A stretch of DNA of 64,000 nt from an uncultured archaeon (GTDB lineage: Archaea > Nanobdellota > Nanobdellia > Pacearchaeales > GW2011-AR1), in contig CABMGN010000004.1 of the NCBI GenBank assembly GCA_902385635.1, positions 21 to 64,020 of the forward strand, in the 5' to 3' direction. The position numbers were made by a program, and so were the translations under genes. Position 1 is the stretch's first letter, and every line of letters begins with the position of its first letter. The notes under the pieces were generated by a model. The model searched no databases. It was given only the letters and a program-made list of their open reading frames with translations, and was not told the DNA's origin. This document shows, in pieces, positions 28,494 through 36,058 of this stretch.

Positions 28494-30998
28494 ATGAAAA
28501 ACAAAATACTAAGTTTTTTAGTATTGAGCGTTTTAGCTTTAGGAATGTTAGGAATGGTTAGTGCTGCGCGAAATGTTGATTCTGCTTTGCTTAACGGTGC
28601 AAGTAGTGTAACTGTTTTGCCTGGTGCAACAATCCCTGCTTCTTTAACTGTAACAACCAGCGGGGGAGGGGGGGCCCATGATTGGCACTCAACTGCTTAC
28701 CGAATAGGTACTGGAAGCTGGACTTGTGTAAATACAGACGACCATAATTCGGCCGGAACTTTTACAGAGTCTTTTTCAGTTGCAGCTCCGCTTAGTTCTG
28801 GAAGTTACAATTTTGAAGTAATTGCTTATCAAGATGGTTCTTGTTCTACGGGGGCAAGTTCTACATATACCCTTACAAATGGCATTGTAGTTACATCTAG
28901 CTCTTCTACATGTACTCTTACAATGAATAACTTAGCAGGATATTACAAAGATCCTCTTAGTTTAGCTTGGACAATCGGAAGCGATTGTACTTCTTCTCTT
29001 TATGATGTATTTTATAGAGAAGGAAGTTGTGCTTTAACTCCGGTATTGGACTGGCACCCAATTGCAACTAATGTTAACAATGATGAGTACGGCTGGACAA
29101 GTGGATTCTCTGAAGGAGAATATTGTATTAAAGTGGAAGAAGCTGGTGCTGGAACAGGCGTTGATGCGATGGATGCTACTTTCTACATAGATAATATTGC
29201 TCCAACTGCGGAAGCAAATGGACCATATACTTGTGATGAGGATACAAGCGTTACTTTATCTTCTTCTGGTTCGAACGACAATTATGGAATTTCGAGCTAT
29301 GAGTGGAGAGTAGATGATGTGGTTGTTGGTACTGGTTCAACATACGACTATTCTTGCTTAGATGGGCCTGCTTCACATAGTGTTGCTCTAACTGTTGTTG
29401 ATTATGCTGGAAATTCAAATACAGACACTTCAACAATTACAGAGAAAAATGTTGATCCTTGGAGTGTAGATGCAGGTACAGACCAAACTGTTAACGAGGG
29501 GGCTTTAGTCTCTTTCTCTGGTTCTGCAACAGATGTTTCAGGAGATAGTTTAACTTACACTTGGAACTTCGGAGACGAGTCAGAAACAGAAACTGGTTCA
29601 ACTGTATCGCATACTTACGCACAAGAAGGAATATACAACGTAACACTAACAGTCACTGATGGTGATGGGGGAATTTCAACAGATACTTTAACAGTAACTG
29701 TAAATGACCTTGACCCAACTGCAGGATTCTCAGACAATGCTCCAAAAGAAGAAGGTCAAACTGTTAGTTTTACTGATAGTTCAACTTCTTATGATGGAAT
29801 AGTTTCATGGTTTTGGGATTTCGGCGATGGTGCAAATTCAACATTAGAAAACCCAACACATGCTTATGCTGTTGACGGACCTTATACAGTTTCTCTAACT
29901 GTTTATGAAGCAGATGGAGATTCAAATACTGCAACAGATAGTGTTTCTATAACAGATAGCACACCGGTTGTAGCATTTTCGTGGTTACCTGAAAGTCCAG
30001 AAGAAGGGCAGTCTGTTCAATTCACAGATGGTTCAAGTGCATATGATTCTCCAATGACCTACTCATGGTCTTTTGGTGATAGTGCAACTTCAACTGAACA
30101 GAATCCAACACATACCTACGGAGATAATGGAGTTTATACTGTTACTCTAACTGTCACTGACAGCGATGGAAGTATTGCGTCTAGTTCTGATTCAATTTCT
30201 GTTTCAAATGTTAACCCTGTAGCTAATGCTGGCGCAGATCAAAGTGGAATTATTGGTGAATCAGTATGTTTCACAGGAAGTATGACTGATCAAGGAACAC
30301 TTGACACACACACTTTCTCCTGGAATTTTGGAGACGGAAATACTGACACAGGTGCTTCAGTTTGTCATTCTTACTCTACAAAAGGAGTTTATACTGCTAC
30401 TTTAACTGTAACAGATGACGACGGTGGAGTTGGAACAGACACAGCAACTGCAACAATTTACGACTACCAAATTGATTTATCTGAAGGATGGAATCTAATT
30501 TCATTCCCACTAGTTCCTGCAGATACAAACCTTCAAAATGTACTTGATCCAATCAAGGAAAATTTGGAAAAAGTTTGGGTCTACAGATATGATGAAACAA
30601 CCGGCAAAAATGTTTGGTTATACCAACTTTACGACGGTGAAGAATGGGTTGGAAACACTGAATTTGAGGATATAGCTCCAGGTTTAGGATACTACCTTGA
30701 AATGTCTGACTCAGATTCTCTTCTGATGAATGGAGAGAAGATGTATGACCTTGGGGGAGGACTAACAAGTCCACCAACACAAGAGGTTGTTCCTGGCTGG
30801 AATCTTATTGGACATTACGGCATGAATTCTGGAATGAGTAAAGCAAATGCTTTTGTAACTCTCTCAGGGAATTACGCCACAATGTTAGATAAGGACGGAA
30901 ATACTGAACTTAACTTGTTCTCCAAAGAAGGATACTGGTTGTTCGTAACTGGAACTAACACATTACAATACGCTCCATCAGGATACGCTTACGCTTAA
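28494..30998 (+). CDS. large secreted surface protein with 4-5 PKD domains
   Basis: Signal peptide. Four clear 'W.FGDG....H.Y...G.Y.VTLTVTD.DG' PKD repeats plus one degenerate. C-terminal domain with two 'GWNLI' motifs. Confidence 0.85.
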   Translation: MKNKILSFLVLSVLALGMLGMVSAARNVDSALLNGASSVTVLPGATIPASLTVTTSGGGGAHDWHSTAYRIGTGSWTCVNTDDHNSAGTFTESFSVAAPLSSGSYNFEVIAYQDGSCSTGASSTYTLTNGIVVTSSSSTCTLTMNNLAGYYKDPLSLAWTIGSDCTSSLYDVFYREGSCALTPVLDWHPIATNVNNDEYGWTSGFSEGEYCIKVEEAGAGTGVDAMDATFYIDNIAPTAEANGPYTCDEDTSVTLSSSGSNDNYGISSYEWRVDDVVVGTGSTYDYSCLDGPASHSVALTVVDYAGNSNTDTSTITEKNVDPWSVDAGTDQTVNEGALVSFSGSATDVSGDSLTYTWNFGDESETETGSTVSHTYAQEGIYNVTLTVTDGDGGISTDTLTVTVNDLDPTAGFSDNAPKEEGQTVSFTDSSTSYDGIVSWFWDFGDGANSTLENPTHAYAVDGPYTVSLTVYEADGDSNTATDSVSITDSTPVVAFSWLPESPEEGQSVQFTDGSSAYDSPMTYSWSFGDSATSTEQNPTHTYGDNGVYTVTLTVTDSDGSIASSSDSISVSNVNPVANAGADQSGIIGESVCFTGSMTDQGTLDTHTFSWNFGDGNTDTGASVCHSYSTKGVYTATLTVTDDDGGVGTDTATATIYDYQIDLSEGWNLISFPLVPADTNLQNVLDPIKENLEKVWVYRYDETTGKNVWLYQLYDGEEWVGNTEFEDIAPGLGYYLEMSDSDSLLMNGEKMYDLGGGLTSPPTQEVVPGWNLIGHYGMNSGMSKANAFVTLSGNYATMLDKDGNTELNLFSKEGYWLFVTGTNTLQYAPSGYAYA

Positions 30999-31006
30999 GT
31001 AAACAA

Positions 31007-31045
31007 TTTTTTTTATTTTTTTCTTTCTTTTTTCTTTTATTTTAT
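31007..31045 (+). terminator. oligo-T tract (archaeal-type terminator)
   Basis: Runs of T8, T7, T6 immediately after the stop at 30998. Confidence 0.4.
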
Positions 31046-31048
31046 CGA

Positions 31049-31060
31049 CGTATTGTATAA
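31049..31060 (+). promoter_or_regulatory. shared promoter-proximal motif CGTATTGTATAA
   Basis: 11/12 identical to 28424-28435 and at the same distance (71 vs 70 nt) from the downstream ATG. Confidence 0.4.
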
Positions 31061-31119
31061 TCTATAATACACAATCTTAATAGCAAAATGCTTTTAAACC
31101 AAAACTAGCTAAGGATTTA

Positions 31120-31926
31120 ATGAAAAAGGGTTTGGGTGTTTTGATTGCTTCAATGTTATTAATTAGTGTAACTTTAGTTCTAGCCTTACCTTACCCTCAT
31201 GCATTTAATGGTCACGTGAATATTTCTGATGGAAAAAGTCCGGTTGGACAAATGCTAAAGGGAGAAATTAACGGAGTAACAACTGGCTCGTGTATAGTCG
31301 AAAGCGGCGGAGCTTACGAGTTAACTGTAACAAAAGAAGCCCCATATTCTGGGACAATTAAGTTTTATATCGGAAATGATACTGCAAAAGAAACAGCTTC
31401 TTTTACTGTGTTTGAAATTACTACCTTAAATCTAAGCTTTGATACAATCTCTAACTATAGCGGCGTTTGTGGAAACGGAATCTGTGATTCTGGAGAGTGT
31501 GGAACATGTACAATTGATTGTAAAGTTGCTAATTGTTTAGGAAATAGCGTTTGTGATACCCAAATGGGCGAGACTTGTTCTACAGCTTCACAAGACTGTG
31601 GTGCCTGCCCTGTTACTGTCGTAACTACTACCTCTGGTGGTGGCGGAGGCGGGGGAGGAGGAGGTGGTGGCGGTGGAGCTACTACAACTAGAACAAATAC
31701 TACAACAACTAATTCAACAACAAGCACAACCACTGGAGAAGGGAATGCTCCTTTGTCTCTTGATCAAATAAATCAGGAGAGAGAGAATCCTGGAAGTACT
31801 AGTCCGGGAATTACTGGTGCAGTAATTGGTTTTGTTGGAACTCCACTAGGAATGGTGGTAGTAATTTTCATTTTACTAATAATTATTCTAGCAATCATAG
31901 TCATTGTTAAAAAAAGAAGGAAGTAA
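31120..31926 (+). CDS. surface protein: beta domain, Cys-rich module, poly-Gly/Thr stalk, TM anchor
   Basis: Signal peptide; 'CGNGICDSGECGTCTIDC...CGACP'; G14 run; T-rich linker; C-terminal TM followed by 'KKRRK'. Confidence 0.7.
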   Translation: MKKGLGVLIASMLLISVTLVLALPYPHAFNGHVNISDGKSPVGQMLKGEINGVTTGSCIVESGGAYELTVTKEAPYSGTIKFYIGNDTAKETASFTVFEITTLNLSFDTISNYSGVCGNGICDSGECGTCTIDCKVANCLGNSVCDTQMGETCSTASQDCGACPVTVVTTTSGGGGGGGGGGGGGGATTTRTNTTTTNSTTSTTTGEGNAPLSLDQINQERENPGSTSPGITGAVIGFVGTPLGMVVVIFILLIIILAIIVIVKKRRK

Positions 31927-31927
31927 A

Positions 31928-32656
31928 ATGATGTTAAGAGGTTTAATTGTAGGAATTGTACTAATTATTGGAATTTCTCTAGTTTTTTCTGCTGTTCCTT
32001 TTCCTCACGGATTTTACGGAACAGTAACTTATTCTAATGGGTCTCTTGTTAATTCTGGAAGCATTGTTACAGAGATGAATAATCTTCCGACAGGGCAAGG
32101 AAGCATAATTAACGGGCAATACAGCTTGGTTGTACAAAGCACAACTAATTTTGGTACAATATATTTTTATTATAATAATGGAACAAATAATTTTCTTACA
32201 ACTATTCCATTTGGGCCTACTGGAAATGTTACCCAGTTGAATTTTAATGTATCTAGCCCAATAGTAACTCCGACCAACATTACAAATATTACCTCAAATA
32301 CAACAGTTACTGGAGATTCTAACGATGATAATGATTGTGAAGATAGCGATCACAAATCTTCTTTTGTAAATATCTGCGAACCAAACTGGGAGTGCGGGGG
32401 TTGGAGTGTATTCACATCCGGAGTTCAAACAAGAAACTGTATTGATACAAATAATTGTGATTACAAGTATAACCAACCAATTGAAGTTGTCGATTGTAAA
32501 AGTTTAGAGAAACAAAAAGTTCTTGTAGAAGAAAAACACAAGATAAATTGGAAAAAACCTTTCCTAGCGTTCAATCTTTTGCTAACATTTATACTCTTAT
32601 TCCTTGTCTTGCTAATAGTTCGTAGAAGAAATCAAGAGAGTGACGACTATTTCTAA
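31928..32656 (+). CDS. surface protein, paralogue of the N-terminal domain of 31120-31926, with TM anchor
   Basis: 'PFPHGFYGTVTYSNG' aligns with 'PYPHAFNGHVNISDG'. Cys-rich segment, C-terminal TM. Start moved to the ATG at 31928, 1 nt after the upstream stop. Confidence 0.65.
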   Translation: MMLRGLIVGIVLIIGISLVFSAVPFPHGFYGTVTYSNGSLVNSGSIVTEMNNLPTGQGSIINGQYSLVVQSTTNFGTIYFYYNNGTNNFLTTIPFGPTGNVTQLNFNVSSPIVTPTNITNITSNTTVTGDSNDDNDCEDSDHKSSFVNICEPNWECGGWSVFTSGVQTRNCIDTNNCDYKYNQPIEVVDCKSLEKQKVLVEEKHKINWKKPFLAFNLLLTFILLFLVLLIVRRRNQESDDYF

Positions 32657-32693
32657 AAAAAATAAAATAATAGAAAAAAAAGACTAACTAAAT

Positions 32694-32825
32694 TTAGTAG
32701 TCGCTATCGGAATCTGATTCCAGATCTTCTGAATCGTCTGAACCCCAGTCGTCAGAGTCGTCTGAACCCCAGTCGTCAGATTCTTCTTCAAAATCTTCTT
32801 CTTTTTTTTGGTTTTTTGTAGCCAT
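32694..32825 (-). CDS. 43-aa hyper-acidic micro-protein with tandem SDDWGSDD repeat
   Basis: Hand translation: MATKNQKKEEDFEEESDDWGSDDSDDWGSDDSEDLESDSDSDY*. Absent from the ORF track because it is under 60 aa. Contains a 23-nt direct repeat with 24-nt (in-frame) period at 32734-32756 and 32758-32780. Confidence 0.35.
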   Translation of the reverse strand: MATKNQKKEEDFEEESDDWGSDDSDDWGSDDSEDLESDSDSDY

Positions 32826-32898
32826 TTTGGTTGTCAAAACCTTATTTAAGTTAAATGTACAACTTTGTCGGTTTTTTAAATCTTTTGAGTCTTGAAAA

Positions 32899-33480
32899 CT
32901 AAGAAAAATATGGGGCTAGATTATAAGCTAGTCCAGTAATTGCTAGTGAAGCAGTTACTGCCAATGCAGCAAGACCTTTCTTCTCCCGAGGGGAAAACTG
33001 CTGAATAACCTGCGGCAAACGTTCGGAAGGTTCAACATTAAAAAAGTCTCTAAACGCGTCTACAGAGTACCCCAGCAACCAACCTGTGGCGCCCATGGCA
33101 GCTACGTTATAAAAAGTATTCCACCCAACATCCTGCTCTCCTCTTGCTCCAGCAATCAAATAAAATGGAACCGTAGTAACAACTCCGTAGGCAAGAGAGT
33201 AAGCAATATCGTGAAACTTCTTAGCTTTTTCTGTAGATTCAGGAGTAATCCCAAACATATTTCGCGAATGCCCCCTTAACCAGGTAAAAAGAGACCCAAA
33301 ACCAGCGTATGTTAATCCAATAGCGAGAAGACGAGAGTTAATTGATGTTTGAGTTGCTAGGGGATGTTGATTAAATTTTTCAACTGCAGCCATAACTGGA
33401 GTTGCAACAGTCATTACTGCTGTTGAATCCACTAAATGTTTCTTCAAATTTATTTCTTTAACGATTGAAACTAATTTCAT
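32899..33480 (-). CDS. AlaE-like (L-alanine exporter family) membrane protein
   Basis: 'DSTAVMTVATPV', 'SRLLAIGLTYAG', 'HDIAYSLAYGVVTTVPFYLIAGA', 'GYSVDAFRDFF' parallel the E. coli AlaE blocks from memory. Visibly higher G+C than its neighbours. Confidence 0.5.
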   Translation of the reverse strand: MKLVSIVKEINLKKHLVDSTAVMTVATPVMAAVEKFNQHPLATQTSINSRLLAIGLTYAGFGSLFTWLRGHSRNMFGITPESTEKAKKFHDIAYSLAYGVVTTVPFYLIAGARGEQDVGWNTFYNVAAMGATGWLLGYSVDAFRDFFNVEPSERLPQVIQQFSPREKKGLAALAVTASLAITGLAYNLAPYFS

Positions 33481-33524
33481 TGTTATTATTCAGAATTAGG
33501 CTTCTGAGGCCGACCACCTCTTGA

Positions 33525-33538
33525 GAGCGCCCCGTCCG
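33525..33538. repeat. att core, distal copy (displaced tRNA-Glu 3' end)
   Basis: 14/14 identical to 42206-42219, and 18/20 when extended to 33519. Confidence 0.65.
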
Positions 33539-33573
33539 CGCCGTTCGGAGTTGTGTAGAGTTTAGATGGGCCT

Positions 33574-33747
33574 TTAAGACAAATTGACCCCGGTTAGAGC
33601 AAGGATTATATCCAATACTGCAAATAGTCCTAAAATAATAAGGGTAGTGCGCCCTAACCACTTCGTGTTAAGATTAAAAAGTTTAGTAAGCCCAAGCATT
33701 AACCCTAGACCCAAAAGAACAATTAATTCCAGTTCAAATATTGGCAT
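33574..33747 (-). CDS. 57-aa two-TM micro-protein
   Basis: Hand translation: MPIFELELIVLLGLGLMLGLTKLFNLNTKWLGRTTLIILGLFAVLDIILALTGVNLS*. Not in the ORF track. Confidence 0.3.
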   Translation of the reverse strand: MPIFELELIVLLGLGLMLGLTKLFNLNTKWLGRTTLIILGLFAVLDIILALTGVNLS

Positions 33748-33788
33748 TTACAAGAAAAGTTTATTTAATATATAAACTTTAACTTTCT

Positions 33789-35246
33789 ATGAACTTAAAA
33801 AGCAACTTCTTATGTAAATGTGGGGGATTATTATATACGGATTTTAAAACAAATAGCGAGTATTGTTTGAACAAGAACTGTGAGAATCATAAAGATATAG
33901 AAAGAATTTATAACAAAAAAGGAGATGTGGAAGAACGATTCAAGAGAATAAAAGAGTCCTTAAGACTTAAATCAAAATTGTTTAGTTCAAACTTTATTAA
34001 TTTCTTATTTGATCAACAAAATTATTTCTTTTCTAAGATTTATGGGGGAGAGGGTGCTCCAATTAATGGGCTGTTAATTATCTGCTATATAATCTTCCTA
34101 GTTAAAGACATTAAATTTGTTGGAAGAGACTCACGACCAAAAAGTTTTATGAACTTTTTAAGATCTCAACATGAACCCTTAAATAATTATTTGTTCTATC
34201 AAGATATAAAAGAAGAGAATATCATCTTAGTAGATTTACCTGGAAGAACGAATGTCCCTTTGAAGTTAAAATATTTAACAGAAATAAATAAACAGAAGAA
34301 TAATTATGGAATGATTAGCGATATTCATTCTGAGACTAACTTTCGATATGACAATATTGACTTAGAAAAAATCGATAAAAAGGTGTTTAAAATAGGTATG
34401 GAATTAGACGAGTATTTCATACAATTCTTCCCAGAAATGATGAAAATTGATATGCTTACAAAGTCAAACCAAGAATTTAGCAAGCTATTTGAAAGAAGGG
34501 GTTTTACTAAATATGAAGTTGGAGCACTATTATCTCTTTTCTTTTCAAGCCCCGTACTTATAGATTTATCTAAAATTAAAAAGAAAGAATTCATAAAAAC
34601 TCTTAAGCAGATGGAGTTTAATGATATTCAAATAGAAAATTTATTTAAATTTTTAATAGGTGATAGTGATCAAATACCTCTAGCAATTGTAACCGATGAA
34701 GAAATTATCTATGGGAAATGGACTAGTTTAGCTATGGTAATGAAGTATTTGGGAACTCTTCCTGAAAGACCATTAATAGTAGAGGGGAAAAGGGTTGCGA
34801 GTAAGGTATTTGAAGGAAAGATAAGAGATATATTAAGAACAAGAGGTTATCTTGTTCCATTTAATCAAGAGATACAACTTCACAAAGATGAAGATGGATA
34901 TGATGTAATCGCAATAGATAAGACAAAAAAGAAAATAAATATAATCGAAGCAAAGTATCGTGATCTGCCTAGTTCAGCATTTTCAGCTTTAAACTTACTT
35001 AATCTGAAAATTTATGGTAAAGAGTTTGGAGAGATCGAAATTGCTAAAAAACAAATTAGTAGAAAAGAACAATTAGAACAGAATAAAGATATTTTAGAAG
35101 CAAAATTATCTAAAGAAGGAATAAAAATAGATCTAAAAGAATATGATATTGTCCCTTATGTAGTTTTCAAATTTAGCCCAATCTTATCTCAATTTGAAAT
35201 AGTTAAATTAATCTCGTTTGATGACGTCTCAAATATTAATTTTTAA
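33789..35246 (+). CDS. Zn-ribbon / unknown middle region / C-terminal PD-(D/E)xK (Mrr_cat- or NERD/Shedu-like) nuclease
   Basis: N-terminal 'CKCGG...C..KNC'. C-terminal 'FEGKIRDILRTRGYLV...EDGYDVIAID....INIIEAKY' fits the D...(D/E)xK nuclease core. Confidence 0.6.
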   Translation: MNLKSNFLCKCGGLLYTDFKTNSEYCLNKNCENHKDIERIYNKKGDVEERFKRIKESLRLKSKLFSSNFINFLFDQQNYFFSKIYGGEGAPINGLLIICYIIFLVKDIKFVGRDSRPKSFMNFLRSQHEPLNNYLFYQDIKEENIILVDLPGRTNVPLKLKYLTEINKQKNNYGMISDIHSETNFRYDNIDLEKIDKKVFKIGMELDEYFIQFFPEMMKIDMLTKSNQEFSKLFERRGFTKYEVGALLSLFFSSPVLIDLSKIKKKEFIKTLKQMEFNDIQIENLFKFLIGDSDQIPLAIVTDEEIIYGKWTSLAMVMKYLGTLPERPLIVEGKRVASKVFEGKIRDILRTRGYLVPFNQEIQLHKDEDGYDVIAIDKTKKKINIIEAKYRDLPSSAFSALNLLNLKIYGKEFGEIEIAKKQISRKEQLEQNKDILEAKLSKEGIKIDLKEYDIVPYVVFKFSPILSQFEIVKLISFDDVSNINF

Positions 35247-35490
35247 TTTCCTTAACCAACTCTTCACCTTTCTTAGTTCTTCTATAAAGCCTATACCTTT
35301 TCTCTTCTGGGTTTAAGCATTCAATTAACTTCCGATCAATTAAAGAAATAATTATATTGCTTATGTAACCTAGGTTAAGATTTAGTTCAGCTGATAGCTG
35401 AGTTGGTGTCTTTGGTTCAGACAAAGCAAGAAAAACCCCTTTTCTATGTTTGCTACGAATTACGAAGCTGTAATCTCCCCAGTTTTTCAT
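35236..35490 (-). CDS. small winged-helix (ArsR/MarR-like) regulator
   Basis: 'RKGVFLALSEPKTPTQLSAELNLNLGYISNIIISLIDRKLIE...YRLYRRTKKGEE' shows an HTH plus wing. Confidence 0.7.
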   Translation of the reverse strand: MKNWGDYSFVIRSKHRKGVFLALSEPKTPTQLSAELNLNLGYISNIIISLIDRKLIECLNPEEKRYRLYRRTKKGEELVKEIKN

Positions 35491-35549
35491 GTATAGAAAT
35501 GTTTATAAAATATTTAATACTTAGACGAGTATTACACGAGCTATTAAAA

Positions 35550-35987
35550 ATGACAAAGGAAGGGCATAAACATGAGAAGAAAAGTGCTTGGTTTTATGTA
35601 GCGATTATCGTTGGAATGTTACTAGTTTTTGCTTTAATTCTGGCTTTTATAAATCCAAGTTCTAGTACTGAAACAAAGTCTAAGGAAACCTACATCTATA
35701 ATTATACTCAGACTAACTCTGATACTGGGAGTCAAACACAAACTGTAAGCTCAAGCAAGGTTCTTATAAACGGGGCGTATGATGTTAAAACAGTCAGTCA
35801 ACCAGGACAGAGCATATACCTAATAGTTAATGGGGTTAGCGAGCAAATAACAGTATCCAAAGACACCCTGGTTTCTCAACTTGACTTAAATGGTATGCAT
35901 AATATAGTTAACTTATGTCAGGGAGTTCATTCTCCACAGGTTAATCAAAACGGAGTAGATAATAATGTAAATTATCTAATCTGCTAA
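35550..35987 (+). CDS. membrane-anchored S/T-rich protein
   Basis: TM helix 'WFYVAIIVGMLLVFALILAF', then an extracytoplasmic domain. Start moved to the ATG at 35550, because the longer ORF overlaps the divergent regulator. Confidence 0.5.
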   Translation: MTKEGHKHEKKSAWFYVAIIVGMLLVFALILAFINPSSSTETKSKETYIYNYTQTNSDTGSQTQTVSSSKVLINGAYDVKTVSQPGQSIYLIVNGVSEQITVSKDTLVSQLDLNGMHNIVNLCQGVHSPQVNQNGVDNNVNYLIC

Positions 35988-36058
35988 AGTTCTTTATAAA
36001 AATTGACCCGCTCTTTTGAGAAAATAATCTTTTAAATAGACACCTTGATTTTATATAC

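Noticed and set aside
31455-31733. 92-aa minus-strand ORF with a poly-Pro run
   Set aside because: Antisense shadow of the poly-Gly/Thr stalk region of the surface protein 31120-31926.
32734-32780. Exact 23-nt direct repeat, checked as a possible mini-CRISPR or att-like repeat
   Set aside because: Only two copies, with a 1-nt spacer and a 24-nt in-frame period inside a plausible micro-ORF. It is a coding tandem repeat. No CRISPR-like array occurs anywhere in the window.
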